The notes under the pieces: model-generated
What the model was told of the DNA's origin: nothing
Databases searched by the model: none
The model's input: only the letters and a program-made list of their open reading frames with translations
Part shown: in pieces, positions 19,960 to 29,719 of the stretch
Layout: each line of letters begins with the position of its first letter
How positions within the stretch are numbered: the stretch's first letter is position 1
Source: Thermoplasmata archaeon
Lineage (GTDB): Archaea > Thermoplasmatota > Thermoplasmata > Thermoplasmatales > GCA-001856825
Length of the DNA stretch: 64,000 bases
Direction: 5' to 3'
NCBI GenBank assembly: GCA_049965815.1
Contig: JBMFVV010000001.1
Location: 21,484-85,483, forward strand
Made by a program: the position numbers and the translations under genes

Positions 19960-21599
19960 AGGGAGTGGACCAGGAAGAGATTTCAAGAAGAAGAGGAATT
20001 TATTTCCAGGGATTCGGTATATACGGGGGTCTTTCAGGACTGTTCGATTTCGGTCCTTATGGCTCACGGATGAAGGACAAGATCATCCGCACCTGGAAGG
20101 AAACCATGCTCTCGGAGGGGAACATAGCTGAATTTGATGGCACAACAATCACCCATTCCCAAGTCCTGAAAGCTTCCGGCCACTACGATAGATTTTTTGA
20201 TTTCTCCGTTCAATGCAAGAAGTGCGGTACAAAATATCGCGCAGACGATCTGATAGAGAAAAAGGGTGTGACGGTAATACTTGACAGAGACTGGCTCCAG
20301 AACAAGATTATAGAGCTAGGAATAAAATGCGAAAAGTGCAATGGAGACCTCGGAGAGGTGAAGATACAGAAACTGATGTTCCAGGTCGACCAGGGGGAAG
20401 GTTCAGAGCCTCTATTCCTTAGACCAGAAACTGCCCAGGGCATGTTCATTAACTTCAAGGAGTACTACAGGTTTTTCAGGGAGAAACTCCCATTTGCCAT
20501 CATAACTGTAGGAAGGGGGTACAGGAATGAAATATCCCCGCGCAGGGCTCTGTACAGGCTCAGAGAATTCAACATGATGGAATGCGAGTCATTCTTTGAT
20601 CCACAGAACGAAAGATGGGTGCGCGATCCAGAAGACAGCATAGCCGTCACCTTCCTTACAAATGAGGGGAAGGAGTTGAAGGCAAGTCCGAGGGAGGCTT
20701 ATGAGAAGGGGATAGTGAAAAGCCACCCCATGGCGTACTTTATGGGTCTTGCACTGAGATTCTATTCTACCATCGGCATAGACTTGGGAAGGATCAGGTT
20801 CAGGCAGCACAGAAAGGAAGAACTGAGCCACTATTCTTCTGAGACGTGGGATGCGGAGTCATTGACGGACCTGGGTTGGATTGAGATTACAGGTATTGCG
20901 CACAGGGGGACGTTTGATCTTACTAATCACATAAAGGCTTCTGGCAAGGATCTGTATGCCCAGAGGGTCATCCCAAAGAAGGAAGTCATGGAAAGGAAGA
21001 AGGAAATAAATTACCAGAAAATCAAGGCGGAATTCCCTGAAGGATCATCAAAGATCATAGCTGCAATGAAGGAAGGTGCAAAGAATGTTTCCATTGATGG
21101 AAAAAACATAGACCTTGAAAGATTCCTGATTGAGAAGGAGGAGAAGGTCGTTGTTGATAGGGAAAATTTCATTCCAGTTGTAATAGAGCCAGCTTTTGGA
21201 CTGGACCGTATCATCTACACAATCCTCGATCATAATTTATCAATAAGAGAGGATTCAGGCTATGTTTGCCTCAAAATACCATATTCAATATCTCCATACG
21301 ATGCTGCAATCCTGCCACTGATGGCCAGGGACGGTCTTGACGTGAAGGCAAACGCCATCTTTGAAGACCTGCTGAAGCAGAAATTTTCCGTCCTCTATGA
21401 CGACTCCGGATCCATCGGGAAGAGGTATTCAAGGTACGATGAGGTGGGCATTCTATACTGCATCACCATCGATTACGACACCCTGAAGAACGGCGAAGTG
21501 ACTATAAGGCACAGAGATACCAGGGAACAGATCCGGATTAAGATTGGGGACATCCCTGATTACCTGGGAAGAAACCCATGGAATGGGAAACTGAGCTAG
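19956..21599 (+). CDS. glyS: Glycine-tRNA ligase (alpha2 type)
   Basis: IYGG, ASGH, LRPETAQG, RNEISPR...RLREF, IEPAFGLDR, SGSIGKRYSRYDEVG. Confidence 0.96.
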   Translation: MKGVDQEEISRRRGIYFQGFGIYGGLSGLFDFGPYGSRMKDKIIRTWKETMLSEGNIAEFDGTTITHSQVLKASGHYDRFFDFSVQCKKCGTKYRADDLIEKKGVTVILDRDWLQNKIIELGIKCEKCNGDLGEVKIQKLMFQVDQGEGSEPLFLRPETAQGMFINFKEYYRFFREKLPFAIITVGRGYRNEISPRRALYRLREFNMMECESFFDPQNERWVRDPEDSIAVTFLTNEGKELKASPREAYEKGIVKSHPMAYFMGLALRFYSTIGIDLGRIRFRQHRKEELSHYSSETWDAESLTDLGWIEITGIAHRGTFDLTNHIKASGKDLYAQRVIPKKEVMERKKEINYQKIKAEFPEGSSKIIAAMKEGAKNVSIDGKNIDLERFLIEKEEKVVVDRENFIPVVIEPAFGLDRIIYTILDHNLSIREDSGYVCLKIPYSISPYDAAILPLMARDGLDVKANAIFEDLLKQKFSVLYDDSGSIGKRYSRYDEVGILYCITIDYDTLKNGEVTIRHRDTREQIRIKIGDIPDYLGRNPWNGKLS

Positions 21600-22324
21600 A
21601 AGGTGCCCTTGAGAAGGCTATCCAGGAAATCCCGGATAGCATAGGCATTCTGTTTTCTGGGGGACTTGACAGCTCATTCATAGCATTCCTTGCGAAGAAT
21701 CAAGGAAAAAAAGTGAACTTGTATTCTGCCGGCACGTCACATTCCCATGACAAGGACTGGACACAGAAGGCTGCCGGGATGCTCGGTCTGCAACTTGAAT
21801 TTTATGAGAAGAACGATGAGGACATTATAAAAGGGTTGTCTGCAGTAAAGGCACTGACAGGGGAGACATCACCTATGCTGCTGCTCATAGAACTTCCCCT
21901 GTATTTCATCACTAAACAGTCAGATTGCCCGGTAATGGCCACAGGACAGGGGGCAGATGAGTTGTTCCTCGGTTACAAAAAATATGAAAGTGAGGATACA
22001 TCAAAAAACGACCTAAAAAGGGTAGTTGAATATGTGGTTCCTATGGAAATGAAGATAGCAGAATCAAACGGCAAGAAGCTATTCTATCCATATCTGAATG
22101 AATATGTCATAGAAGTGGCCCACAAGATACCTTTTGAAGAACTCGTGCATGACGGTGAGAGAAAAATTGCATTGCGTCGCGTGGCTTCCCGGCTGCTGCT
22201 CAACGACAAAATAGCCTGGAAGCAGAAAAAGGCCTCCCAGTACTCATCAGGTTTCAGGGACGCAGTAGCCAGAATGGCTAAGAAGAGCAACAGGACTGTT
22301 CACGAGTTGATCAGTGAGCTGTAG
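21578..22324 (+). CDS. Asparagine-synthase C-terminal (PP-loop) domain protein without glutaminase domain
   Basis: LFSGGLDSS, TGQGADELFLGY, KKASQYSSG. Confidence 0.8.
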   Translation: MEWETELEGALEKAIQEIPDSIGILFSGGLDSSFIAFLAKNQGKKVNLYSAGTSHSHDKDWTQKAAGMLGLQLEFYEKNDEDIIKGLSAVKALTGETSPMLLLIELPLYFITKQSDCPVMATGQGADELFLGYKKYESEDTSKNDLKRVVEYVVPMEMKIAESNGKKLFYPYLNEYVIEVAHKIPFEELVHDGERKIALRRVASRLLLNDKIAWKQKKASQYSSGFRDAVARMAKKSNRTVHELISEL

Positions 22325-23583
22325 CGGTCAAATATCTCCTCATTTTTCTTCCTGATATCTTCAATATTCAGTCCCGTATATTTCCCTTGTGAATAGACGA
22401 TTTTTCCATTCACTATGGTATGCTCAACATCGTTGCCGCATGAGGAATAAATCAGGATCCTCTCTGCATTATCCCTTCTCAGCGGTATCTGAGTCACTTC
22501 TCCACCCACGACCACGATATCGGCTAGAGCGCCCTCCCTAAGTACGCCTGCATTCTTACCGAGCACCTTCCATGGATTCTTTGTCATGAAGTCTATGACC
22601 TGTTGCGGTGGAAGAACGGAACCCTCTTCCCTGTAGTTCTTCTGTAGAAGAGAGGAGAGTTTAGCATTCTCCAGCATATCCAGTGAATTGCCCGTTGCAG
22701 CCGAGTCAGTTCCCAGCGTCAGATTGACCCCATGCTGGATCATCTCAATCACAGGTGCAAAATTCCCGTTGGCAAGTTTCATGTTGCTTACGGGGTTGTT
22801 CACTGCCGTCATACCATTTTTCCCCATTATCTTTATCTCGTTCAATGTGACGTAAATGGTGTGGGCTGCTATGAGCCTGTTGCTCAGGAACCCGAGACCA
22901 TCCAGGTATTCCACCGGTCTCTTTTTCTCCTTCTTCACTATGTCGTAGACCTCCCTCCTATTCTCGCTCAGGTGAATGGTGTATGGAAGATCGTACCTGT
23001 CAGCCAGATCCTTTGATGCTATCAGATCGTCCCTTTCGCAGGAATAAATGCCGTGAGGTGCAGGCAGGGGTGTCACAAGTTCGTTTCCCCTGAACTTCAG
23101 AATGAACTGCTCTGCGTTTTTCAGAGGATCACCCTTCTGGGTGGTCTGGTTCTTGTTGACGATGCTCCAGCCCAGGTAGGAACGGATGCCTACTTCCTGA
23201 GCAGCCTTGGCCACCATATCTTCGCCGTAGTACATATCAAGGAAGGTCGTGGTTCCCTTCCTCAGCATCTCTGCGATTCCCAGTTTGCTTCCTTGATAGA
23301 GCTCCTCGTCTGTCCTGACAGCATCAAGTTTGAACCCTGTATCGAGGAATTTTGAGAAAGGCATGTCGTCCAGGAGTGTCCTCATGTTGGTCATTGCCAC
23401 GTGGTTGTGCATATTCACAAAACCTGGAGATACGATCCTGTTCTCGCAGTTTATGACATAGTCTGATTCCACTCTAATCCTTTCTGAAACTTGAGAGATG
23501 AGATTATCGTCAATGAACAGGTCCATCTTCTTTGGTACGTGGTCCTCTGTGAGAAGGATACCGTTCTTCAATAGAATCTGCAT
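22300..23583 (-). CDS. Amidohydrolase, MTA/SAH-deaminase-like
   Basis: PGFVNMHNH, GTTTFLDMY, IHLSE, AAH, SNMKL, LGTD. Confidence 0.85.
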   Translation of the reverse strand: MQILLKNGILLTEDHVPKKMDLFIDDNLISQVSERIRVESDYVINCENRIVSPGFVNMHNHVAMTNMRTLLDDMPFSKFLDTGFKLDAVRTDEELYQGSKLGIAEMLRKGTTTFLDMYYGEDMVAKAAQEVGIRSYLGWSIVNKNQTTQKGDPLKNAEQFILKFRGNELVTPLPAPHGIYSCERDDLIASKDLADRYDLPYTIHLSENRREVYDIVKKEKKRPVEYLDGLGFLSNRLIAAHTIYVTLNEIKIMGKNGMTAVNNPVSNMKLANGNFAPVIEMIQHGVNLTLGTDSAATGNSLDMLENAKLSSLLQKNYREEGSVLPPQQVIDFMTKNPWKVLGKNAGVLREGALADIVVVGGEVTQIPLRRDNAERILIYSSCGNDVEHTIVNGKIVYSQGKYTGLNIEDIRKKNEEIFDRYSSLINS

Positions 23584-23611
23584 GAATTGCTATAGCCTCG
23601 TGTTATATATT

Positions 23612-24673
23612 TCATTTGAAGAGTATAAGAAAACCAGCGACCGCAGTGATCGCAAGGAAGAGGAATGAATATTTATTGAAATTGAGGAAATTCTTACCTG
23701 ACAGATTCCTCAATGCGATGATGTTCGCCAGGGAGGCAATTACCGTTCCATTCCCCCCAATGTTCACTCCGTATGATAGGATTGCAAATGTCGAAGTCTT
23801 TCCGAGGAGAACGGTTGTTGGGACGTTGGATATCAGCTGGGAGAGGAGTATTGAAGAGATGAATAACTGCCTTCCTCCCAGCGTGGGTATGGTGACCAGC
23901 AGCCTTACGGAATTCATAACGAGGAATATCAGTATGAAAACAACTATGAGGACGTAGTCCACCTTCACTATTGTCGTGGGCTCAAAGAGCATGAGGGAGA
24001 CCATAGAGATTGCTATAATGCCTACAAAGAAGTAGATGGAAGCGTTAAGTAGCATCCCCAGGATCGCAGATACAAGCAATGCAACGAAGAGAGCAAAGAA
24101 AAATACATGCGGTTTCTGTGCGGCCTCCTGAGATACAAATTTTTCTTCCTTGAATACGAGTGAAAATATGATTAGCAAAAGTATCGAAACGAGGAATATG
24201 GGTGCCATCGTCTTGACAAATTCAAAGAAATTCAGTGAATACAACCTGAACATTATGATGTTCTGTGGGTTCCCAAATGGCATGAGCATGGAACCAACAT
24301 TGGCAGCCATGGCCTGGAATATTATCACGTCATCAAGGTTCTTCTTAGCGAATCTCCCTATTGCAATTGTTATCGGTATCAAAACCAGGAGGGAAACGTC
24401 ATTCGTGAGAAACATGGCAACAAATGATGTGAGGAGGATGGAAATGACCATAAGTTTCCTCCTTCCATTCGTTACTCTCATTATTGTGTATGCAACATAA
24501 TTCAGACCTCCCGTATACATGAGGCCTGTGTTGACCACTATGAGTGATGAAAGTATTGCAATTGTGTCCCAGTCCACTAGTCCGGCTGAATAGATGCTTC
24601 TCCTCAGCAAAATTATGACTAAATAGGAAATCCCCAGGACAAGGAGCAGAACCCTGTTTACTGTTAGCTTCAT
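23612..24673 (-). CDS. ArsB/NhaD/CitMHS-superfamily ion transporter
   Basis: Many TM segments; FLTNDV, AANVGSMLMPFGNPQN, SQLISNVP, GGNGTVIASLAN. Confidence 0.85.
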   Translation of the reverse strand: MKLTVNRVLLLVLGISYLVIILLRRSIYSAGLVDWDTIAILSSLIVVNTGLMYTGGLNYVAYTIMRVTNGRRKLMVISILLTSFVAMFLTNDVSLLVLIPITIAIGRFAKKNLDDVIIFQAMAANVGSMLMPFGNPQNIIMFRLYSLNFFEFVKTMAPIFLVSILLLIIFSLVFKEEKFVSQEAAQKPHVFFFALFVALLVSAILGMLLNASIYFFVGIIAISMVSLMLFEPTTIVKVDYVLIVVFILIFLVMNSVRLLVTIPTLGGRQLFISSILLSQLISNVPTTVLLGKTSTFAILSYGVNIGGNGTVIASLANIIALRNLSGKNFLNFNKYSFLFLAITAVAGFLILFK

Positions 24674-25015
24674 CTAAAGCGTGTTCTTCAGAATTGTGTC
24701 TAGCTCCGGTCCGATAGCCTTCAGTATTGACTTTACCATTTCATCCCTGAAAGACTCCGGCATCGATATTAGGCCGAGCTCAGCCACAACTTTCAGTATC
24801 TTCCCCTGGGCTCCAGCTTCCAGCAATTTCCCCTTTGTGTAGTCCTTTATGGCATCCTTGAGCTCTTCCTCCATTCTTGGATTTGCTTTGAGCCTCTCCT
24901 TTATCCTCTCCTTTATTTCGTCTTTGTACAGTTCCTGGATAGCTTGAACGATTATCTCGTCAGAAATCATTAGTTTCTTTGAATCCTCAAAGATGAAATT
25001 GTCGTCTTTGCCCAT
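24674..25015 (-). CDS. Hypothetical helical protein (113 aa)
   Basis: ORF abuts the transporter start; coding-like charged composition. Confidence 0.75.
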   Translation of the reverse strand: MGKDDNFIFEDSKKLMISDEIIVQAIQELYKDEIKERIKERLKANPRMEEELKDAIKDYTKGKLLEAGAQGKILKVVAELGLISMPESFRDEMVKSILKAIGPELDTILKNTL

Positions 25016-25065
25016 GAGAAGTTATAGCTACTCAATATTATAACTATTCTTTCTGAAGGCCGCAG

Positions 25066-25464
25066 TCATATGTCCAGAGTGACTACTATCACTGCAGGTA
25101 CCCTGGAAACGATGATCCTGTCGTACGTTGCAGCCTTGACCAGGGATGGACCCCTTTTCCTCGCGTCTGCCTTTTCCCCTACGGCCTCCCAGATTACCTT
25201 ACGATCGCATATGGTGATCTTCCTGATCTTCAGGGCCAGGGAATCAGATTCTGATCTGTAGATGATGTCGTTCAGCGTTCTAATAACGCAGTTTTCATCC
25301 GAATCGTACTCAACGTTGGAACTCAGGAACAATTCAGGCTGGATGGACGCACTGTAGACCATTCCCAGCATATGATTGGAAAGGTCCAGGAGGGCACCCT
25401 GAAACGTATTCCCCCAGGCCTTCAGCCTGACGTCAGCAGTGTGTTCTAGAATCTTCACTGGCAC
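25066..25464 (-). CDS. Archease
   Basis: LEHTADV N-terminus, VKAATY, C-terminal LDI. Confidence 0.9.
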   Translation of the reverse strand: MPVKILEHTADVRLKAWGNTFQGALLDLSNHMLGMVYSASIQPELFLSSNVEYDSDENCVIRTLNDIIYRSESDSLALKIRKITICDRKVIWEAVGEKADARKRGPSLVKAATYDRIIVSRVPAVIVVTLDI

Positions 25465-25493
25465 AATTTAAAATGAGGAAGGGGGATAAAACA

Positions 25494-27035
25494 CTATTGT
25501 GATTTGTTCCTGATTTCCCCGGCTGCGTACTTCCAGAGTTTCTTCAGGTTCAGCATGTTTAGGATGTCTATGAGCTCCTCCTTGGATATCGTTCTAGAGA
25601 CTATCAGCAGGCCAACGTATGCGAAAGAGTATAGCAGGAAAAGACCGAGCAGTACTATTGAATGCAGCCTGATTGAGTCTTCAAGAAAGTAATAGAACAA
25701 CCCTCCCAGAAGTATGGAAATTATCCCACCCTTTATGGATTGCAGGGTAAGCGGAACCTTTACCTCCAGATTGAGTGCTATTATGGAGGACACAAGAATT
25801 ACAACGCCCGATATCAGATATGCGTACGCTGCACCTATGACCCCCAATCCAGCAAAATGGATGTCAGCGAGAGAGTGCGGTATAAGAACTACGTCAAGCA
25901 CAATCCAAAGTGTGTAACCGAAATTGTTCAGGAGACCTGATACCCTGGTCTTAGCGATTGCATTGAAATGCGTCCAGTATGGGGTGGACATTGTCCAGAA
26001 CCATGACCCTATGAGCATGATCTGAAGCGCGAATGCAAACTGTATGAGGGCCGAATTCCACAGATTTAGCAGTGCAGCAGCGAATACAGTGGCAAATACG
26101 GTGATTGGAGTGACGAATATGGTCAGGTATTTCACCGTCATCCCCATAGCCTTCCCGTAGTCTTCGCTGGAATCAAGCCGAGTTGTGAGGGAGGGGAGAA
26201 TGAGGACTGTCACTGACATCGTGAATCCCGTCATCATTAGTATGAATCTGTAGTCTGCTGCAAATCCACCTGAGGCAAATGATCCAATTGCAATGTATAC
26301 CAGCACCTGTGGTATATTTGCCGATATCGCCTTGGTTATGGTTGCTCCCATGAGAGGATATGAATATTTCAGGTAGCTCCTTATCGTTTCAATATGGGGC
26401 ATCCTGAATTTCCACGGCATGCCAACAACAAAGCTTAGTACTGCATATACCACATAAGAAATTGAGTAGGAAACGGCAATAAGTATAGCCATTTCTGGAA
26501 TCCCGGACTTTGCATTTGGAAAGTTGAATACGTTTAAGTGGAGGAGAACGACCACTGCTGCGAACCTGACAATGGATTCCATTATTGCGGGCAGGGACAT
26601 CTTGAATACTTCCTGCGTACCTGTGTAGAATGCCCTATTGGCCTGGATGTAAGGAAGCCCAAGGAAGTAGGGGATGAGGAGCAGGATGCTCAGGTATACG
26701 AGCGGTGACTGGAACTTTTGATGAAATCCTACGGTCCAGACAAGGACTGCAAGAAATATGACGCCTATGTAAATGACAGTTAGGATTATCTTCATGAATA
26801 TCAGCGCATTGTTGTATTCATTCCTGTCCTTCCCTAGGGCGATCATCCTGGTATGTGCAGTGTTTATGCCAAGATCCGATACGAATGAGAATATCAGCCC
26901 GAATGACAGGGCTGTGGAGAAAATTCCCCAGGAACTAACACCAGCATCTCTAAGTATGAGCAGATAGGTCAGAAATCCAAGTATCAGACCAAATGCGTTC
27001 TGCAGGAGAATCCAAGCTGGTTTGGAAGTTTCCAT
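25494..27035 (-). CDS. Oligosaccharide flippase (Wzx/MOP family)
   Basis: About 14 TM segments, SDLGINTAH, PLMG, LPSLT. Confidence 0.8.
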   Translation of the reverse strand: METSKPAWILLQNAFGLILGFLTYLLILRDAGVSSWGIFSTALSFGLIFSFVSDLGINTAHTRMIALGKDRNEYNNALIFMKIILTVIYIGVIFLAVLVWTVGFHQKFQSPLVYLSILLLIPYFLGLPYIQANRAFYTGTQEVFKMSLPAIMESIVRFAAVVVLLHLNVFNFPNAKSGIPEMAILIAVSYSISYVVYAVLSFVVGMPWKFRMPHIETIRSYLKYSYPLMGATITKAISANIPQVLVYIAIGSFASGGFAADYRFILMMTGFTMSVTVLILPSLTTRLDSSEDYGKAMGMTVKYLTIFVTPITVFATVFAAALLNLWNSALIQFAFALQIMLIGSWFWTMSTPYWTHFNAIAKTRVSGLLNNFGYTLWIVLDVVLIPHSLADIHFAGLGVIGAAYAYLISGVVILVSSIIALNLEVKVPLTLQSIKGGIISILLGGLFYYFLEDSIRLHSIVLLGLFLLYSFAYVGLLIVSRTISKEELIDILNMLNLKKLWKYAAGEIRNKSQ

Positions 27036-27151
27036 CCCTTAGGGCGTAGTAGGGAAATATAGAAAAACCTTGGGATTTGAAGACTGTATCAAATATGCGT
27101 TGAAATTTGGCGATACCTGTGGATAGTAAAATTGCTAATCTGCTCAATGAA

Positions 27152-29089
27152 TCAATTTTCTGCAATTTCCTTCCTGAATCTATCGATGGCTTCTCTTATC
27201 TCCTCCACAGATGCCTCAGATTCAAGGGTAGTCAGGTCTCCCGGTATCTCATCCTGGTATACCGCCTTTATTATTCTCCTCATGATCTTCCCGCTGCGCG
27301 TCTTTGGGAGAGAACCGACTACGTGTATCTCATCAGGAACAAGTAACGGCCCAAATTTTTGCCTGACCTTATCCTTCACCATATTTACAGCTGATTCTAT
27401 TTTTGTGTCGCTCTTGAGCACTATGAATGAAACTATGCTTTCTCCCTTTACCTGGTGAGGTTTTCCAAATACACCTGCCTCGGCAACAAATCCGGTTGAC
27501 AGGATCGCATCCTCAACCTCCACCGTACCTATCCTGTGACCTGAAACTTTTAGGACCTCATCAGCCCTCCCTAGAAGCCAGTAATATCCGTCCTTGTCCT
27601 TTATTGCATAGTCTCCCGTGTAATAGCCATCCTTTGCTCTGCCAAAGTACAGCGTCCTGTACTTCTTATCATCGTTGTTCAACCCGATCATAAGGCCAGG
27701 CCACGGCTTCCTCAGGAATAAAAGCCCTTTCTCACCTGGGCCGGCTTCCCCACCGTCCTGTTTCAAGATTACTGGATCTATTCCGGGAAGAGGAAGGGTC
27801 GCAGATCCTGGCTTTAAAGGCGTCGGTCCTATTCCTACGGCCGGGCTGATAACAAATCCGCCAGTTTCTGTCTGCCAGTATGTGTCAATGATCGGGCACT
27901 GGGAGTTTCCAATCCTTTCATAGTACCACTCCCATGCGACGGGATTTATGGGTTCTCCAACCGAACCGAGAACCCTGAGTGACGAAAGGTCGTGGTTCTT
28001 TGGATATTCATCACCGTACTTCATTAGAGACCTTATAGCGGTTGGAGAGGTGTAAAGAATATCCACTTCGTAATATGATATTATTTTCCACATCTGGTCT
28101 GGAGTTGGATAATCCAAGCTCCCTTCATAGAGAATTGATGTCAGCCCCAGTATCAGCGGTGCGAAGACTATGTAGCTATGTCCGGTTATCCATCCAATAT
28201 CAGCTGCACACCACCACCTGTCAGTTTCCTGAGGATCAAATGCCCACTTCATAGTGTTTGCAACCCAGACACCATAACCACCTGTTCCGTGCACTACCCC
28301 CTTCGGTTTGCCCGTAGTACCTGATGTGTAAAGTATGAACAATGGGTCATTGGAATCCATCTTTTCTGGTTCCACATCCACCCTCTCATTTATCACATCG
28401 TGATACCAGTAATCACGCCCTTCAATCATGTTAACTGTCTGACCTGTGTGCTTTACGACGATGATTGTTTCTACTGTCTTCGTAAGTTCTACCGCCCTGT
28501 CAACAGTCTCCTTCAGAGGAATGATCTTCCCCCTTCTGTAGCCACCATCTGCAGTAATTAGAAGTTTAGCACCGCAGTCATTTATTCTATCCGCGATTGC
28601 CTCTGCTCCAAATCCGGAGAATATGACGGTGAATACGGCACCAATCCTTGCAGAGGCCAGCATCGCGACAGGTTCTTCTATGATCATCGGCATATAAATT
28701 GCAATTCTGTCCCCTTTCTTGACGCCCATCTCAAGCAATGCTTTCGCAAGAGCGTTCACCCTCCTGTACAGACCTCTGTATGTGACTATCTTTTCATTCC
28801 CATTTTCGTCCACCCAGATGTATGCCGCCTTGTTCCTCCTAGGTCCATTTGCGTGCCTGTCCACTGCGTTGAAGCTAATATTCAGCTTTCCGTTGACGTA
28901 CCATCTGTAATAGGGTTCCCCACTCCTGTCGATGATTGCATCCCACTTTGAATACCAGTCAAGTAACCATCCAGCCTCCTCGTAAAATTTTTCTTGATTT
29001 TCTAATGATTCCCTGTAGATCTTCGCATACCTACCTAACCCAGGGTTCATGAATGACTCGAATGGGAGTGGATTTGATTGACCGCTCAT
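27152..29089 (-). CDS. acs: Acetyl-CoA synthetase (AMP-forming)
   Basis: LYTSGTTGKPKG, ADIGWITGHSY, DTYWQTETG, PKTRSGKIMRR. Confidence 0.96.
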   Translation of the reverse strand: MSGQSNPLPFESFMNPGLGRYAKIYRESLENQEKFYEEAGWLLDWYSKWDAIIDRSGEPYYRWYVNGKLNISFNAVDRHANGPRRNKAAYIWVDENGNEKIVTYRGLYRRVNALAKALLEMGVKKGDRIAIYMPMIIEEPVAMLASARIGAVFTVIFSGFGAEAIADRINDCGAKLLITADGGYRRGKIIPLKETVDRAVELTKTVETIIVVKHTGQTVNMIEGRDYWYHDVINERVDVEPEKMDSNDPLFILYTSGTTGKPKGVVHGTGGYGVWVANTMKWAFDPQETDRWWCAADIGWITGHSYIVFAPLILGLTSILYEGSLDYPTPDQMWKIISYYEVDILYTSPTAIRSLMKYGDEYPKNHDLSSLRVLGSVGEPINPVAWEWYYERIGNSQCPIIDTYWQTETGGFVISPAVGIGPTPLKPGSATLPLPGIDPVILKQDGGEAGPGEKGLLFLRKPWPGLMIGLNNDDKKYRTLYFGRAKDGYYTGDYAIKDKDGYYWLLGRADEVLKVSGHRIGTVEVEDAILSTGFVAEAGVFGKPHQVKGESIVSFIVLKSDTKIESAVNMVKDKVRQKFGPLLVPDEIHVVGSLPKTRSGKIMRRIIKAVYQDEIPGDLTTLESEASVEEIREAIDRFRKEIAEN

Positions 29090-29117
29090 ATCTCATACCA
29101 CGCAGTTTTCTATAAAA

Positions 29118-29642
29118 TTATTTTGTACTCTTCTCGTACAAAACGATAAATTTTTCAAGTACCCTAGCCGTCATTCCCCATATCGTACCTTCCCTTATGT
29201 TAAATTCTTCACCGTAGACTCCGTTAGTAACGTGCAGACTGGAAAGCTCAACCCAAATGAGATATTCAGATTCTTGAGACGGAACCAGCTTCTGGATATT
29301 AGGCAGCTCAAAGACGTATGCATATACCTCAAGATTTTCCCTATTCCTCGGAGTGAATGGCCCAAAATGTCCAATGTACCTTGAATTTTTTCTTAGGTCC
29401 ACGCCTGTTTCCTCTAACGTCTCTCTTATAGCCGTATCTCTCAGTGTAATGTCATTACCCGAACGATGCCCCCCTGGAAGGGAGAACTGACCCGACCACG
29501 GATCGTTCTGGCTCAAGCTTCTCTTTTCCAGGATGAGTTTGTTCTCTGAAACTACTATTGACACAGCAGCGTATTCCCTTCCTGCTTTCATGTCAACCAC
29601 TTCGTTAGTGTCCAGCGACCAATCTGTTTCGGGAATTCTCAT
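29118..29642 (-). CDS. Nudix hydrolase (CoA pyrophosphatase-like)
   Basis: DPWSGQFSLPGG...AIRETLEETG, IWGMTA. Confidence 0.85.
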   Translation of the reverse strand: MRIPETDWSLDTNEVVDMKAGREYAAVSIVVSENKLILEKRSLSQNDPWSGQFSLPGGHRSGNDITLRDTAIRETLEETGVDLRKNSRYIGHFGPFTPRNRENLEVYAYVFELPNIQKLVPSQESEYLIWVELSSLHVTNGVYGEEFNIREGTIWGMTARVLEKFIVLYEKSTK

Positions 29643-29719
29643 TACTCGTCTAAAGAAACTAAGCTACAAAATACTAACGCAATAGAGTAGTGGTAACATT
29701 GAGAATTGAGCATCGACCT

